From contig OX597815.1 of assembly GCA_951406725.2 (NCBI GenBank), positions 203,112,001 to 203,176,000 of the forward strand: 64,000 bases of DNA, given 5' to 3'. Each line of letters opens with the position of its first letter. The stretch's first letter is position 1. The position numbers and the translations under genes are program-made. Source of the stretch: Octopus vulgaris. Taxonomy: Eukaryota. Positions 13,579 to 26,274 of the stretch are shown in pieces. The notes beneath the pieces were generated by a model. The model was not told the origin of the DNA, did not search any database, and saw only the letters and a program-made list of their open reading frames with translations.

Positions 13579-13640
13579 TTTCAATACCAATTGGTTTCAC
13601 GCTTTGCATGATAAACATGATTTGTGATCTTCAATTGAAA
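13579..13640 (-). ncRNA. Degenerate type I hammerhead ribozyme in a PLE pLTR-like fragment ending on (TA)n
   Basis: Minus strand reads TTTCAA-TTGAAGA-(imperfect stem II)-GAAAC-CAATTG-GTA-TTGAAA: 6-bp stem I, palindromic stem III, C3U change. Confidence 0.6.
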
Positions 13641-13719
13641 ACAGCATTTAAAATCTATTTTTAAAATATTCACTACATTAGCTCGTGTGCGCTTTTTAGT
13701 TTAAACGTCCCGCTCCGTC

Positions 13720-15300
13720 AAGCAATGCCAGCTGATTGTCTTTTTCCTTTTCCACTGTGAACTGTATGGATGACTTTATTGAGTTCACATGATCTAACAG
13801 CACTTGGAAATCTTCCTGGTGGGGCCAGAGTATAAAGGTGTCATCAACATATCGCAGCCTTAGGGTTGGTTTTAGTGGTGTTGATCCTAAAGCCAAATTC
13901 TCAAAGTATTCCATGTATATATTGGCTATTATCGGTGATAATGGCGAACCCATATCTAAACCCTCTTCTTGTCGATATATCTCAGTGTCCATACGGAAGT
14001 AGGTAGTTTTTCTACAGCGAAGGTCAACATTTCCATCAAGTTTCTTATTAGTATACTTGTACATTCCTTTAGATGGATGTCTGTCACTAGTTTTTCTTGA
14101 ATCATCGATAGTGCTTCACCAGTTGGGACTTTGGTAAACTGATTTATCACATCTAGACTCACCATCTGGTTGGATTCAATGGGGGTATCCATGATCAATT
14201 CTGTGAAGCGGATGGAATTCTTTACGTACGATGTTGACTTTCCTGCTAATGGACTGATTATATTCACAAGAAAGCGGCTCAATGGATGATATGCTGAACC
14301 TCGTACATGTGTGGTAGTTTATTGTAGTGTTGAGTCAGTTGTCTGTACTTCATTAGTGTAAAGTGATCCTTGTTCTTAATCAAGATCTGTGACAACTTCC
14401 TGTCTGTTTTCAGAGTTGGGTCTTTCTTTACCTTGCTGTAGCTACTATCACTTATAAGACTTGTCAATTTTTCCGAGAAGTCAGACTTGTTCATCACCAC
14501 TGTAGCGTTTCCATTATCCGCTGGCGAACTTTGATGTTTGGTTTGGGAAGTTTTGCTTTTCCGAGTACCTGTCTCACTTTCCACCTTAGTTCATCTCCTT
14601 GAGCTTTTGGTATCTTTATCTTTGGTATCAGTAGGGGGTTGATAGTTGTCGCAAAGTTGAAAGTTTGTTCAGTACTGCTTCTTCAGAGCTTTCTAGATGT
14701 CGGCTACTTACATTAATTGCTGCTTTCACAGGTGGGTGACGGACTTCAGTCATCGTTCTCTGACATTTGAGTTTCATAAACTTCCTAATCTGGCGTGTCT
14801 TCACCATTTCAAATTCTTCCATGTCCGACTTTTCTAGATCTTGTTGGATTCTCTTTTCCGAATAGTCAGACTTGTTCATCACCACTGTAGCATTTCCTTT
14901 GTCCGCTGGCGAACGTTTCTTCCATAGTGATGCTTCGTTTGGGAAGTTTTGCCTTTTCTAGTACCCGTCACACTTTCCACCTTATTTCATCTCCCTGAGT
15001 TTTTGATATCTTTATGGCTATCCCTTTCTATCATCATCTCAGATTATTTTTCTAATAAATGTAGATATTCTCTCTTTGATTTCGTTATGGATCCTCTCAC
15101 GGACGAGGGCACGTCCCGCCTTTTCCGCTACTCTTCTATCTTTATATGAATCCACTGATGTCATTATATTCAAGCCAGGTGGTATTAGCTTTGAGTCTCT
15201 ACATCTATACAGGAAAGTTAGACGAGCTAGTTTTTGATGGAGTTTATTTATGTCTCCATTGAAGTCTAATGTCGGCTCCGTACCGATTAGATAATACGTC
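13720..15300 (-). mobile_element. Penelope-like element (Poseidon-type), RT pseudogene lacking the GIY-YIG end
   Basis: N-terminal LTFLYRCRDSKLIPPGL; PADNGNATVVMNKSD (DKG motif); MVSLDVINQFTKVP; GLDMGSPLSPIIANIYME; RYVDDTF; IQFTVEKE. Internal duplication 14480-14620 / 14863-15015. Confidence 0.9.
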
Positions 15301-15334
15301 AAATCGTCCTTCTTTCTTTCCTTTCCTGAGCGTC

Positions 15335-15406
15335 CAATAACACTATACTTGTTCCACGTCCTCTCGTTGCTGTGTTTTCTCTTTGTGTTTCCATGTTTGG
15401 ATTAAC

Positions 15407-15450
<44 letters not shown>

Positions 15451-15522
15451 GTTAATCCAAACATGGAAACACAAAGAGAAAACACAGCAACGAGAGGACG
15501 TGGAACAAGTATAGTGTTATTG
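15335..15522. repeat. Perfect 188-bp palindrome centred on (TA)n
   Basis: CAATAACACTATACTTG…GATTAACTATG-(TA)n-CATAGTTAATC…CAAGTATAGTGTTATTG; no mismatch seen. Arms match the pLTR tail at 29935-30033. Confidence 0.95.
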
Positions 15523-15914
15523 CATCATCAGCATAATGTGAAAAATATTCCATCAGCATTGAACCCCGTGCTATCCGCCCACAACATAAATCATACTCGC
15601 ATCACGTAAAGATAAGATACAGCGCAATTATTTCACCTCAATTGGCCCCGCTCCATTTAACATTACACCAAAAACACATTAAAGCAGAAACAGACCCCAT
15701 AAAGTTCAAGAAGTCTTTGGACAAATTCCTTCAAAAAATCACGAATAAACCTCCTATACCCGGATGTCTCCGTAAACAACATCTCTCACCTCGAGTGGTC
15801 CATGTTGTTCTATTCCGGATTTGAATGACTTTCCCAGGTGGTGCTATTAAGTTAGGCATGACCTGGGCGAATACTGACCGAAGCCTATCAAAGTATCAAA
15901 GTAAGTAAAGTAAA

Positions 15915-15962
<48 letters not shown>

Positions 15963-16281
15963 TTAGAGACAAAACCACTATTTTGCAAAACAAACAAGGA
16001 AAGACTTAATCAATACATAATATTTTAATAAAAAGTAAAAAAACCGCCACTACAATTGTTTCATGTCTTCGAATGACAATCTTCAGGTGGATTTCCGATT
16101 TTCAAATCAGTTTCAATTTATGAAGTCATAAATTGAAACTGATTTGAAAATCGAAATCCACCTGAAATTGTCATTCGATTACATGAAACAATTGTAGTGC
16201 GTTTTTTACTTTTTATTAAAATTTTATGTATTGATTAAGTCTTTCCTTGTTTGTTTTGCAACATAGTGGTTTTGTCTCTAA

Positions 16282-16345
<64 letters not shown>

Positions 16346-16733
16346 TTTACTTTACTTTACTTTGATACTTTGATAGGCTTCGGTCAGTATTCGCCCAGGT
16401 CATGCCTAACTTAATAGCACCACCTGGGAAAGTCATTCAAATCCGGAATAGAACAACATGGACCACTCGAGGTGAAAGATGTTGTTTACGGAGACATTCG
16501 GGTATAGGAGGTTTATTCGTGATTTTTTGAAGGAATTTGTCCAAAGACTTCTTGAACTTTATGGGGTCTGTTTCTGCTTTAATGTGTTTTTGGTGTAATG
16601 TTAAATGGAGCGGGGCCAATTGGGGTGAAATAATTGCGCTGTATCTTTACGTGATGCGAGTATGATTTATGTTGTGGGCGGATAGCACGGGGTTCAATGC
16701 TGGTGGAATATTTTTCACATTATGCAGATGATG
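15523..16733. repeat. About 1.2-kb palindrome with 2-nt spacer (LINE tail-(TA)n-pLTR | pLTR-(TA)n-LINE tail)
   Basis: Centre TTTATGA-AG-TCATAAA with spacer at 16124-16125. The mirrored ORF-track entries 15642-15824(+) and 16437-16619(-) differ by one residue. Confidence 0.95.
16047..16090 (-). ncRNA. Minimal type I hammerhead ribozyme (left arm of palindrome); mutated mirror copy at about 16158-16199(+)
   Basis: CCAC-CTGAAGA-T-TGTC-attcgaa-GACA-T-GAAAC-AATT-GTA-GTGG. The right-arm copy has lost G8 (CTGAAATT). Confidence 0.75.
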
Positions 16734-19080
16734 TAGCGCTACGGCAGCGTTGGAAATAATAAAACTTGAGCTTTTCTAGTCGACCCCAACAGCCAAGGCC
16801 TGTCATGCCATCTATCTCTTTTGTAATTGAGGTGCTTCAGTTTTCATATTTTGTTTCGTGTGGGGAGATCACCGTGAACAACAGTATTCAAGGTGGGGTC
16901 GGGTTAAAGTAGAGAACAGAAGGATAATGGTGTGTATACCTCTCGACTGGAAAGTTCTGAGAATCCAGAAACACATTCTGCGGGCCATGTCAACTTTGCT
17001 GTTTATAAGAGCAGCCCAGCTTATGTTGTTATCCACAATTACTCCCAAGTCTCTGAAGTTGTTGGATGCTATGAGAGTTTCACCTGAAGGAAGGGAGTAT
17101 GGGAATTTCAGGTTATCCTCTTTTCTGAAGTGATTTAACTCAAATTTGTCCTCGTTCAGCAGCATATCATTCTTTTCCGCCCATTGGATGACTGCCAGTA
17201 GATCTTACTGAAGGCATGCCTAGTCACCCACTTCATTGATGACCTTCTGGAACATGGAATCATCTACAAAGATTCTTATGTTACTGTGCTTGATGATGTC
17301 AGTAATGTCATTGATGCAGATCATAAAAGGAGGGGGCCCAACACAGTGCCTTGTCAAACGCCACTACTGACTTTGGCTGGGCTTGATTTTATTCCTTTGA
17401 CTGCAGCGTGTTGGGTTCTGCCTGTCAGGGAACACTTGATCCATTGTAGTAACTTTCCAGAGACATCAATGGTGGATAGATTTTTCGAGAGGATCTTATG
17501 ACCTACTCTGTCAAAGACCTTGCTGAAATCAAGGTAGATGACATTAGTATTCGAGCCCTCTCCGAAAGCTCTCAAAATGTCATTAGGGTGATGCAAGAGC
17601 TGCGTTAGACAGTTCCTTCCATTACGGAACCCATGTTAGTTAGGGTTCGACAGTCTGTTGCTTTCAAGAAGGTGAGTTATCTGTGATCTTACCTCCTTCT
17701 CAAATGCCTTGATGATATGAGAGGTGAGATCGGCCGGTAGTTCACTGCAAGGGACTTGTTTCTCATTTTGAAGACTGGGACAACAGACTGGGACAAAATG
17801 TTGTCAGGAATATAACCAGCATCTACTGAGTTCCTCCACAGATTAGCAAGTGGAGGGGTAAGTTGGTGTCGACACACCTTCAGGACACAAGCAGGTAACC
17901 TATCAGGCCCTATTGCTGAATTGTGTTTAATTTCGTTTATCGCTGGTAAGGCATCGGGGGCGCCAACGTTATGTCCGATATTGTGTGTTGAGGATTAACA
18001 TTACTGATACAATCCAGATCAGCCATATCAGGATTGCTAAAAACAGAGTAGTACTGTTTCCGCAGTATCTCACTCATGGTTTTGGCATTCTCTTGGAGAT
18101 TTCCGTTTTCATCAATTAGAGGGCCAACACTAGGGACAGTGACCTTATGTTTTTCTGCAAAAAAGAAGAACACTTTGGGGTTGTGTTGTTTGATTCTCAA
18201 TGGCCCATTTCTCCTCAGCTGTTCTTTGGTTATTGCTGATGGTCTTCATGCATTGTTATAAGTCATATATATATGGCGAGCTGGCAACAGGCGGCGAGCT
18301 GGCAACAGGCGGCGAGCTGGCAGAAGCGTTAGCACGCCGGGCGAAATGCTTTGCGGTATTTCGTCTACCGTTACGTTCTGAGTTCAAATTCCGCCGATCT
18401 CAACTTTGCCTTTCATCCTTTCGGGGTCGATAAATAAAGTACCAGTTTCGCACTGGGGTCGATGTAATCCGTTTGTCTGTTTGTCTGTCCTTGTTTGTCC
18501 CCTCTATGTTTAGCCCCTTGTGGGTAGTAAAAAAATATATATATATATTTATTCGAGAAGGGTGACAGCAGCTGAATTTATGTGTGACTGTTACGTTTTT
18601 TGTTTGTCCTTTTTATTTTTCTGATAATCTTTTTTTCTGTTTTAGGGAATAATGCACTTATTTTTCTTCACAGGTCTTAGTGGGGTGTGTTTAGGACATA
18701 TGTTTGTAAATGTCAACAAAGATCTGCCAAGATATTTTGATCCTGGAGGAGGTAGGGCACGTGTGAAAGACCACTCAACATGTGATAGATTGCGTTCCAG
18801 TCGGCACCAAAGAGATCCATGGTATTGAATGGGTGTGCTGAAGAGAGATCACTAGGATTAGCTTTCGGCCCGTGGAATCGCAGCTTACAGGGAACCATGT
18901 CATGGACTGAAAGAAGGATTTCCCACTGTAATATTGTATATTGTGTTAGTATAGTTACTAAACTGTTCTCATATCTTGTTGGTACCAGGACAAGTTGGAA
19001 CGAGAAAAACACATTCATAAAGTCGAGAAGCGACACAACTGCTTCTTTGTGAGCAGTTGAGGTGGAAATACCTGATTTCA
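16344..19080 (-). mobile_element. Decayed CR1/L2-type LINE (second family), interrupted by a SINE C
   Basis: NYRPIS, VIYLDFSKVFDRVGH, FVDD, RDLGVIVD and WILRTF…RPHLEYC motifs; (AAAGT)n tail next to (TA)n. Confidence 0.88.
18274..18535 (+). mobile_element. SINE family C with triplicated 5' end
   Basis: GGCGAGCTGGCA occurs three times at the 5' end, followed by the standard body. Confidence 0.9.
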
Positions 19081-19129
19081 AATTGTTTATCTGTGTCTGA
19101 TTTCAAACTGTTAATATATATATATATAT

Positions 19130-19329
19130 TCTTTTATTGATTTCAATCATTTGCCTGCGGCTATGCTGGAGCACCGCCTTTAGTCGAACAAATAGACCCC
19201 AGGACTTATTCTTTGTGAGCCTAGTACTTATTCTAACGGTCACTTTTGCGGGATCGCTAAGTTACAGAGACGTAAACACACCAATATCGGTTGTCAAGGG
19301 AGGGTGGAGGTACAAATACAGACACATAA

Positions 19330-19362
<33 letters not shown>

Positions 19363-19520
19363 CAGCGGGCTTCTTTCAGTTTCCGTCTATCAAAAATCCA
19401 CTCACACGGGTTCGATTGGTTCGAGGCTATAGTAAAAGTCACATGCCCAAGGTGCCACGCACTGGAAATGAACCCGGAACCATGTAGTTGGTAAGCAAAC
19501 CACCTACCACACAGCAACTG
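19130..19520 (-). mobile_element. SINE family B
   Basis: Aligns to family B. Confidence 0.85.
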
Positions 19521-19575
19521 CTATATCTATGCATGTATGTATGAATGTATCTATTTGTGCATGTTTGTATGTATG

Positions 19576-19647
<72 letters not shown>

Positions 19648-20142
19648 ACGGTAGATTGTGATTTGAAGGATATGCAATTGCTATTTATAAGAAGGCAAAT
19701 TACCATGAGACGCTCGAATGTTGCTAATTATCTAACGAATATATTGAAATGTTCTTACTTCGTACTGCTACACTGTACTCACGTTCAAGATCTTTCAGTT
19801 TCTCATGGAATGTTTATCTTACTAATAATATTTATAAAGATTCGTTTGTTTTTGTGTATAGCTAAATCGAATGATCTAGATTGAAGTAATACAATAGCAT
19901 TGTGAAATGAATGTCATTTAAAGAGATATAAACTAAATCAACCAACTTCCTATAGCGCTCTAAATAACTTATATGAAAATTAGAAACACTTGACGCTTAA
20001 CAAGCTGTAGCAAAGTATGTACCGTAGGCGCTCCAATGAATGACCTTTACAATTTTATTTTAAAATGTTATTATATCTTATCCATAAGCCGAGTAGTTCT
20101 TCTTGAAAGCTATCCATTGTACTCAAAAACTATCACTTTTCC

Positions 20143-20600
20143 AGGCGTGGCTGTGTAGTAAGAAGCCTGCTTCCTAACCACATTGTTCCAGATTCAGTTC
20201 CATTGCTTGGCATCTTGCGCTAGCGCCTTCTACTATAGTTTCGGGCCGACCAAAGCCTTGTGACTGGATTTGGTCGACGGAAACTGAAAGAAGCAGGACG
20301 TCAATATACATGTGTGTGTGCGTGTGTGTGTGTCTGTGTGAGTGTGTGTGTGTGTGTATGTGTGTGTGTGTGCGTTTGTATGTATGTGTGTGTGTTTGTG
20401 TTTGTGTCTGTGTTTACACCCTCCTCATCACCGCTTGACAACCGGTGTTGATGTCTTTATGTCCCTGTACCTTAGTTGTTCAGCAAAAGAGAGCGATAGA
20501 AATAGTCCTGGGGTCGACTTGTTCGACTAAATCCCTTCAAGGCGGTGTTCCAGCATGGCCGCAGTCAAATGATTGAATCTAGTAAAAGAATAAAATAATA
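20143..20600 (+). mobile_element. SINE family B flanked by about 53-bp diverged direct repeats
   Basis: Family B body; repeats at 20089-20141 and 20603-20655. Confidence 0.85.
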
Positions 20601-21894
20601 TACCGTGTAGTTCTTCTTGAAAGACATCTATTGTAATCGAAAGTTATCAGTTTTCTTATTTTGCACTATTTTTCCCTAATTGCATCTGTCAAAACATAAT
20701 TAATTGACTTCTTATATATGTTGACAGCGAATAGAGAGTTTTCTGAATATAGATCTGAAACGTTCCTTTTAATTTCCTTGTCAAAAATTCCATTTTCTTA
20801 CTTGAAGTTTAAGTCATCATCTGATAACTTAAGACTTCAAGTTATCGTCTTAGTAGTATTACTTGCAAATATAAATATTAGTAATCTCAATATATGATAG
20901 CAGCGTTTACCATGAACTGGCAATAAACAACAGACCTATAAGAAAAACAAGAATGGCAATTTCAGTTGCTTTTTTTAAAATATTCTCATTACATTTCACT
21001 ACATTTTGTTTATATTTCAGATCTCTAAAGCCGAAATGATTTTATAAATCAAAGTTTCTAATTCGTTCTCGTTGTAGAAATGGAATTCAATAAAAAAAAT
21101 TAAATCAAATTATATATATTTATTTCTTCACCAACAAGAATACAAATTTCAACTGATCTATTATTCTATAAAAAAAATTTAAAGGAAGTCATATGGGATT
21201 AAAAATATATCGTGCATCTATGAAAATATTATTGATTTCAGCAAATGACAAACTACAACAATGAAGGGTGGGAATATAGTGAAATAAATCAATCTTAGTC
21301 CCTTCCTGATAGGTATTGTGTAGCGCTGGGAAAGAAGATGAAGCTAAATATCATTAGGCAATAAGCTACTGAGTCGCTCAGAACTATGCTCGGATCTTGG
21401 CAAATTGTACAATTGCTCTGTTGATTTTGGCTAGGAAAATGCAAAAGGTTGTGCAGTCTTACACTACTAAGTTGAACATTAGATTCATCTACACAATCTC
21501 TGAAAATCACAAAGTTTTTTTGCCTCCGGTGTTCATAATATTGTTAGTCGCCGTAAACAATAGTTTACTGTAATCTCAAAAGAAAATTAATAAAATGCGT
21601 GTGTGTGTCTGTACAATAATAATATGCATAGCCTGGAGCACGCACTGGTGGATTTATGTATTAGTTATAGTCTTAATACATACCCTGCCAGCGCAGAAAT
21701 ACGTGTTGCTATTACTTGTACTATCTTCTTTCACCACAGATTAATAACAGGTAAGATGTATTTATTTTACTGATTTTATTTTATGTTATTTTAATTATTT
21801 TTTAATTAATTTTCTCTGCGTATACCATACCAAGATGTTATCCTGAAATAGGAGTTGCTTATCTATTGGTAAATATCACAGATTTGTAATACAC

Positions 21895-21951
<57 letters not shown>

Positions 21952-22106
21952 CTTACATATGAGTGTGTATGTATAAGTATATATATATATATGATTATAA
22001 AGAAAATTATTTCATGCAATACATAGACTTCATTTTGAAGTGCTTGGGATTTTCAACCTGAGGCGTTAGAATAATGTACAAGTAAGATTCTAAGTTGGAG
22101 AAATCA

Positions 22107-22673
22107 GGTTCACATATACATATATATTTATTAATCAGTAGACCCAGCATGTATGAATTTCCTTGAAAGTATATTCAATATATCAAACATATTAACAATA
22201 TATAGATATATAAAAATATATGGAGTAATCAATACATCAAAAATATGCGTATACAAATATATAAACATATGGACATATGCATTAAACATATATTGAAAAA
22301 TTAAATACGTAAACAGGTGGGCTTACAGATTATATGACAGAACAACCGAAATCCCAGAAACGACCGTAGGATTATCAATAGGATTAGCAATACCCATACA
22401 CTTTTCAAGATTCTTTGTACGACTTCGTTTTGCAATCCGTAAGTCGACATATAGGTGTATTCAATTCTCAATATATTTTAATGTATGTATCTATATAATT
22501 ATATATTTTTATGTGTATATTTTTAAGGTATTGATTACTTTATATATTTTATATATGTGTATATTGTAAATATGCTTGATATATTGAATGTACTTTCGGA
22601 GATATTCATACATGCTGGGTCTAGGGCTGAACATATATATATATATAAATATATATAAATCTATATGTGAACC
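22107..22673. repeat. Imperfect fold-back (MITE-like) with about 220-bp arms
   Basis: TAGACCCAGCATGTATGAAT…GTAATCAATAC… is mirrored by GTATTGATTAC…ATTCATACATGCTGGGTCTA; termini GGTTCACATATA / TATATGTGAACC. Confidence 0.8.
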
Positions 22674-22750
22674 TCAAATATATCTCAAATCAATTTTATA
22701 TATGTACATATATATATATATAAACACACAGATATATACATATATATCAA

Positions 22751-22796
<46 letters not shown>

Positions 22797-24030
22797 TCAT
22801 AAGCATTTCAGAAAGTACCGAGGATTTGTTTTCTTCCTCTCTGTCAACATAAATATCTTAGAGCTAGCTAGTTTTATTTCAATAGATTTTAGTTTTTGTA
22901 GGTTTCAGCTTTTTTATTTCTTAGTTTGTAATTTTAAGTTTAGGTTTAAATTTTTAATTTTTAAATTCAAGTATTAATCCTGTATCTCATCTCATTTAAA
23001 TTGCTATCGAGCTTGAAATATAATTCTAAATATAACATTGTCGTTTGTAACCCCACCCCTTACTGAAACTCTAAAGTTTGACCTCTAATCCCGATGCAAT
23101 ACTGACGAATCTCTCTCATTACTTTTATTTTTATCTTTATTCTTATTTTTACTCATTTACCACTATCTTATTTTTACTCTATTTCTCCTCTCTCTCACAT
23201 ATACAGTCACTCACAGAACTCTTTTATAACTCTATTTATTACATTTACTTTTACCCATAACTTATTTTATTCTTTTCTCCTCCCTCTCTCTCTCTCTCTC
23301 TTCTCTCTCCTTCTCCTCACACTTTCTCCATCTATCTATCTTTCTCTCTTATGTATGCTCACTCACAAAACTTATTTATCTTACTTTCTCATTTACACAT
23401 TTGCAATATGAACAAATCATTTAAAATACTGTCAAAATACTGCCTGGATTTACCTGTGAGTTAAACTAAGGACCTCTTTCTCCATGGAAGTACCGACCAA
23501 TATCCATATCCTCCGGACAAACATGAGTTGTTCACATTATTCTCCTGCCTATATTCTTCTACCTGTCTTTACTCTTTAGTAATTTATTTAATCATTTATT
23601 CTTCCATATAAACTGTGAATTTCATTCCTCGTAAAGTGTAACTTACCCCTGTCTAAAATATTCATAGCTTGATGATGGAATGCCCAATGTCTGGACATAC
23701 TAACCTACCACTTGGCTGTAAGCATTCAAATTCACATTACCCTAATTAAATAATTCTAAATGACTTCAAATACTCGTTCTGCCTTGGGTTTTTTTCTCTT
23801 ATATAACATATATATCTGCTATAAGGAAACCCTAATACGGATCCCTAGATCCAGCCTTATCAGCCTTATCTCTGATCTTGGAATCTAACTGTCGACCAGT
23901 TAGATATATGTATATATATATATATATTTGCATATGTATGTATGTATACGTATATGTATATATATGTATATATACATATATGTATATATACATATATGTA
24001 TATGTATGTATATTTATATGTATATATGTA

Positions 24031-24545
24031 TAGGCGCAGATATGGCTGTGTGGTAAGACACTTGCTTCCAACCACATGTTTACTGGTTCAGTGCCACCCT
24101 GGAGAAGTATCTTCTACTATAGCCTCGGGCCGACCAATGTCTTGTGAACGGATTTGGTACACGGAAACTGAAAGAAGCCCGTCGTTATATATATATATAT
24201 ATAGAGAAATATATGTATGCTATAAATTGGATTCAATCTAAATCTGATTTTCCCTGTAAATTTGGATTTATTTAATATTTATTATTATATATATATATAT
24301 ATATTGTGTGTGTGTGTGTGTGTGTGTGTATGCTTGTGTGTCTGAGTTTACCCTCACCCCCATCGCTTGACACTTGATATTGGTGTGTTCACATCCCTGT
24401 AACGTAGCGGTTTGGCAAAAGACACCGATAGAATAGGTTCTATGCTTATAAAGAATAAGTTCTAGGTTCGATTAGTTCGACTATAGGAGGTGCTCTAACA
24501 TGGCCGCAGGCAAATGACTGAAGCTAGTAAAATAATAAAAGAAAA
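24031..24545 (+). mobile_element. SINE family B with a short insertion in its internal TA tract
   Basis: Family B head and tail; extra AT-rich piece at about 24215-24290. Confidence 0.8.
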
Positions 24546-24559
24546 AAAGAATATGTATA

Positions 24560-24607
24560 TATGGGTGTGTATGTGTGTGCATGTATATATGTATATGTAT
24601 ATTTATA

Positions 24608-24650
<43 letters not shown>

Positions 24651-24980
24651 TTATATGTATATACATATATATGTATATATGTATATGTATAAATATATAT
24701 GTATATATACATGTGTATAAATGAATATATATATATGTATATATGTATGTTATATATATATATATACATACATACCTACATACATACATACGTACATACA
24801 TGCATGCATACATACATACATACATACATACATACATACATACATACATACATACATACATACATACATACATACATACATACATACATACATACATACA
24901 TACATACATACATACATACATACATACATACGTACTTACGTACGTACGTACATACATACATACATACATACATACATACA

Positions 24981-25014
<34 letters not shown>

Positions 25015-25021
25015 CATACAT

Positions 25022-25051
<30 letters not shown>
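24560..25051. repeat. Compound microsatellite (TA)n/(TACA)n/(GACA)n
   Basis: Directly visible. Confidence 0.97.
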
Positions 25052-25052
<1 letters not shown>

Positions 25053-26274
25053 CGGCGAGTTTTTATTTGTTGCGCAGAAAATACATTAAGCATATGTTGT
25101 CATCTATCCACCTTCAGCTGTATCTTATTTCAATTGCTTTGAAATGCCGTTGAAATATAAACGGAAGATTCATGCAACAATACTTGCATTACGAACAACT
25201 TTTTGAGCTTTCTGAACAAACAGAAAATAAAGTAGTACTCCTGATATACTAAATCCTGAAACCAAATATACATGTTGGTTCTAATCACCGTATTAAGTTG
25301 TATAAATACTAACAGGACTGGGCAAATACATAACATACTCGTAACTTTGTTTCGTCATTTTCAAATGATGACATTTTTGAAATCCCAACGTATGTTAATG
25401 AAAAGTTTTGTACGAAACATAAAGCACAGAAAATAATAACTTTTCTCGGAAATTAAGGTGATCTAATCTATGTAGTTGATAACTGTGACGTACGTCAGAG
25501 AATAAGATTCGTCTAATAATTTTGGACAGCTCAAGAAATATATTATGCATCAAGGAACACTGAAAACTATTAAGTCTGACAAATTTACCTGACGTTTTAC
25601 ATTCGAATAATGATTTTAAATTTGGGCAATTAGTCAACAATTTCAGGAACGTGGCTAAGTCAAATACATCGATTTCAGTGCTCAAGGATATTTATCGACT
25701 GCATAAGACTGAAAGGTAAAGTCGGCCTCGGCGGAAAATTGTTACGAATTTTAGCAGAAGGCCAGTAATTTTACAACTGGTGACAGTCGATTACGTCGAC
25801 TTCAGTACTTGGGTGACACTTAATTTTATCTACCCTGAGAAAATAAATGACTAAGCTGGCATCGGCTAAATTCGAATTTAGAATTTAGATAATTTGAAGA
25901 AAGACTGCCTTCTAACTGTTTCTGATTTAAGCACAAGTCCAGTAGTTTTCAAGATAGTGGTGCGTCGGGAATATCCACACCAACACTTGAGTGGTATTCT
26001 ATTTTATCGATCTCAGAGAGAGAAGAGAGCAATCAGATATCGATGGGATTTGAATTGAGAGTGTAAAGAGCTGAAATAAATCATGCGTAGTATTTGTCGA
26101 TTGTAGAATACAGAAAAATTATGTGTAAAAAAATATATGAGCAATAAAACTATAAAACAATATCTCTATAAATATGTAAAAATATATAAAAAATATATAA
26201 GAAATATAAGTAAAAAGTATTGAGAGATAAAAAGTTTGCATGTGGATACAATATAGAAAGCAAGTCCCATCTGT

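Noticed and set aside
23665-23735. TTGATGA-TGGAATGC…GCATTC possible hammerhead
   Set aside because: No GAAAC or stem III; too degraded to call.
24481-25153. Long ORFs (YIYI/MYVC/HTYI repeats), also at 54.7-55.3 kb and 61.9-62.4 kb
   Set aside because: Translations of stop-free microsatellites, not genes.
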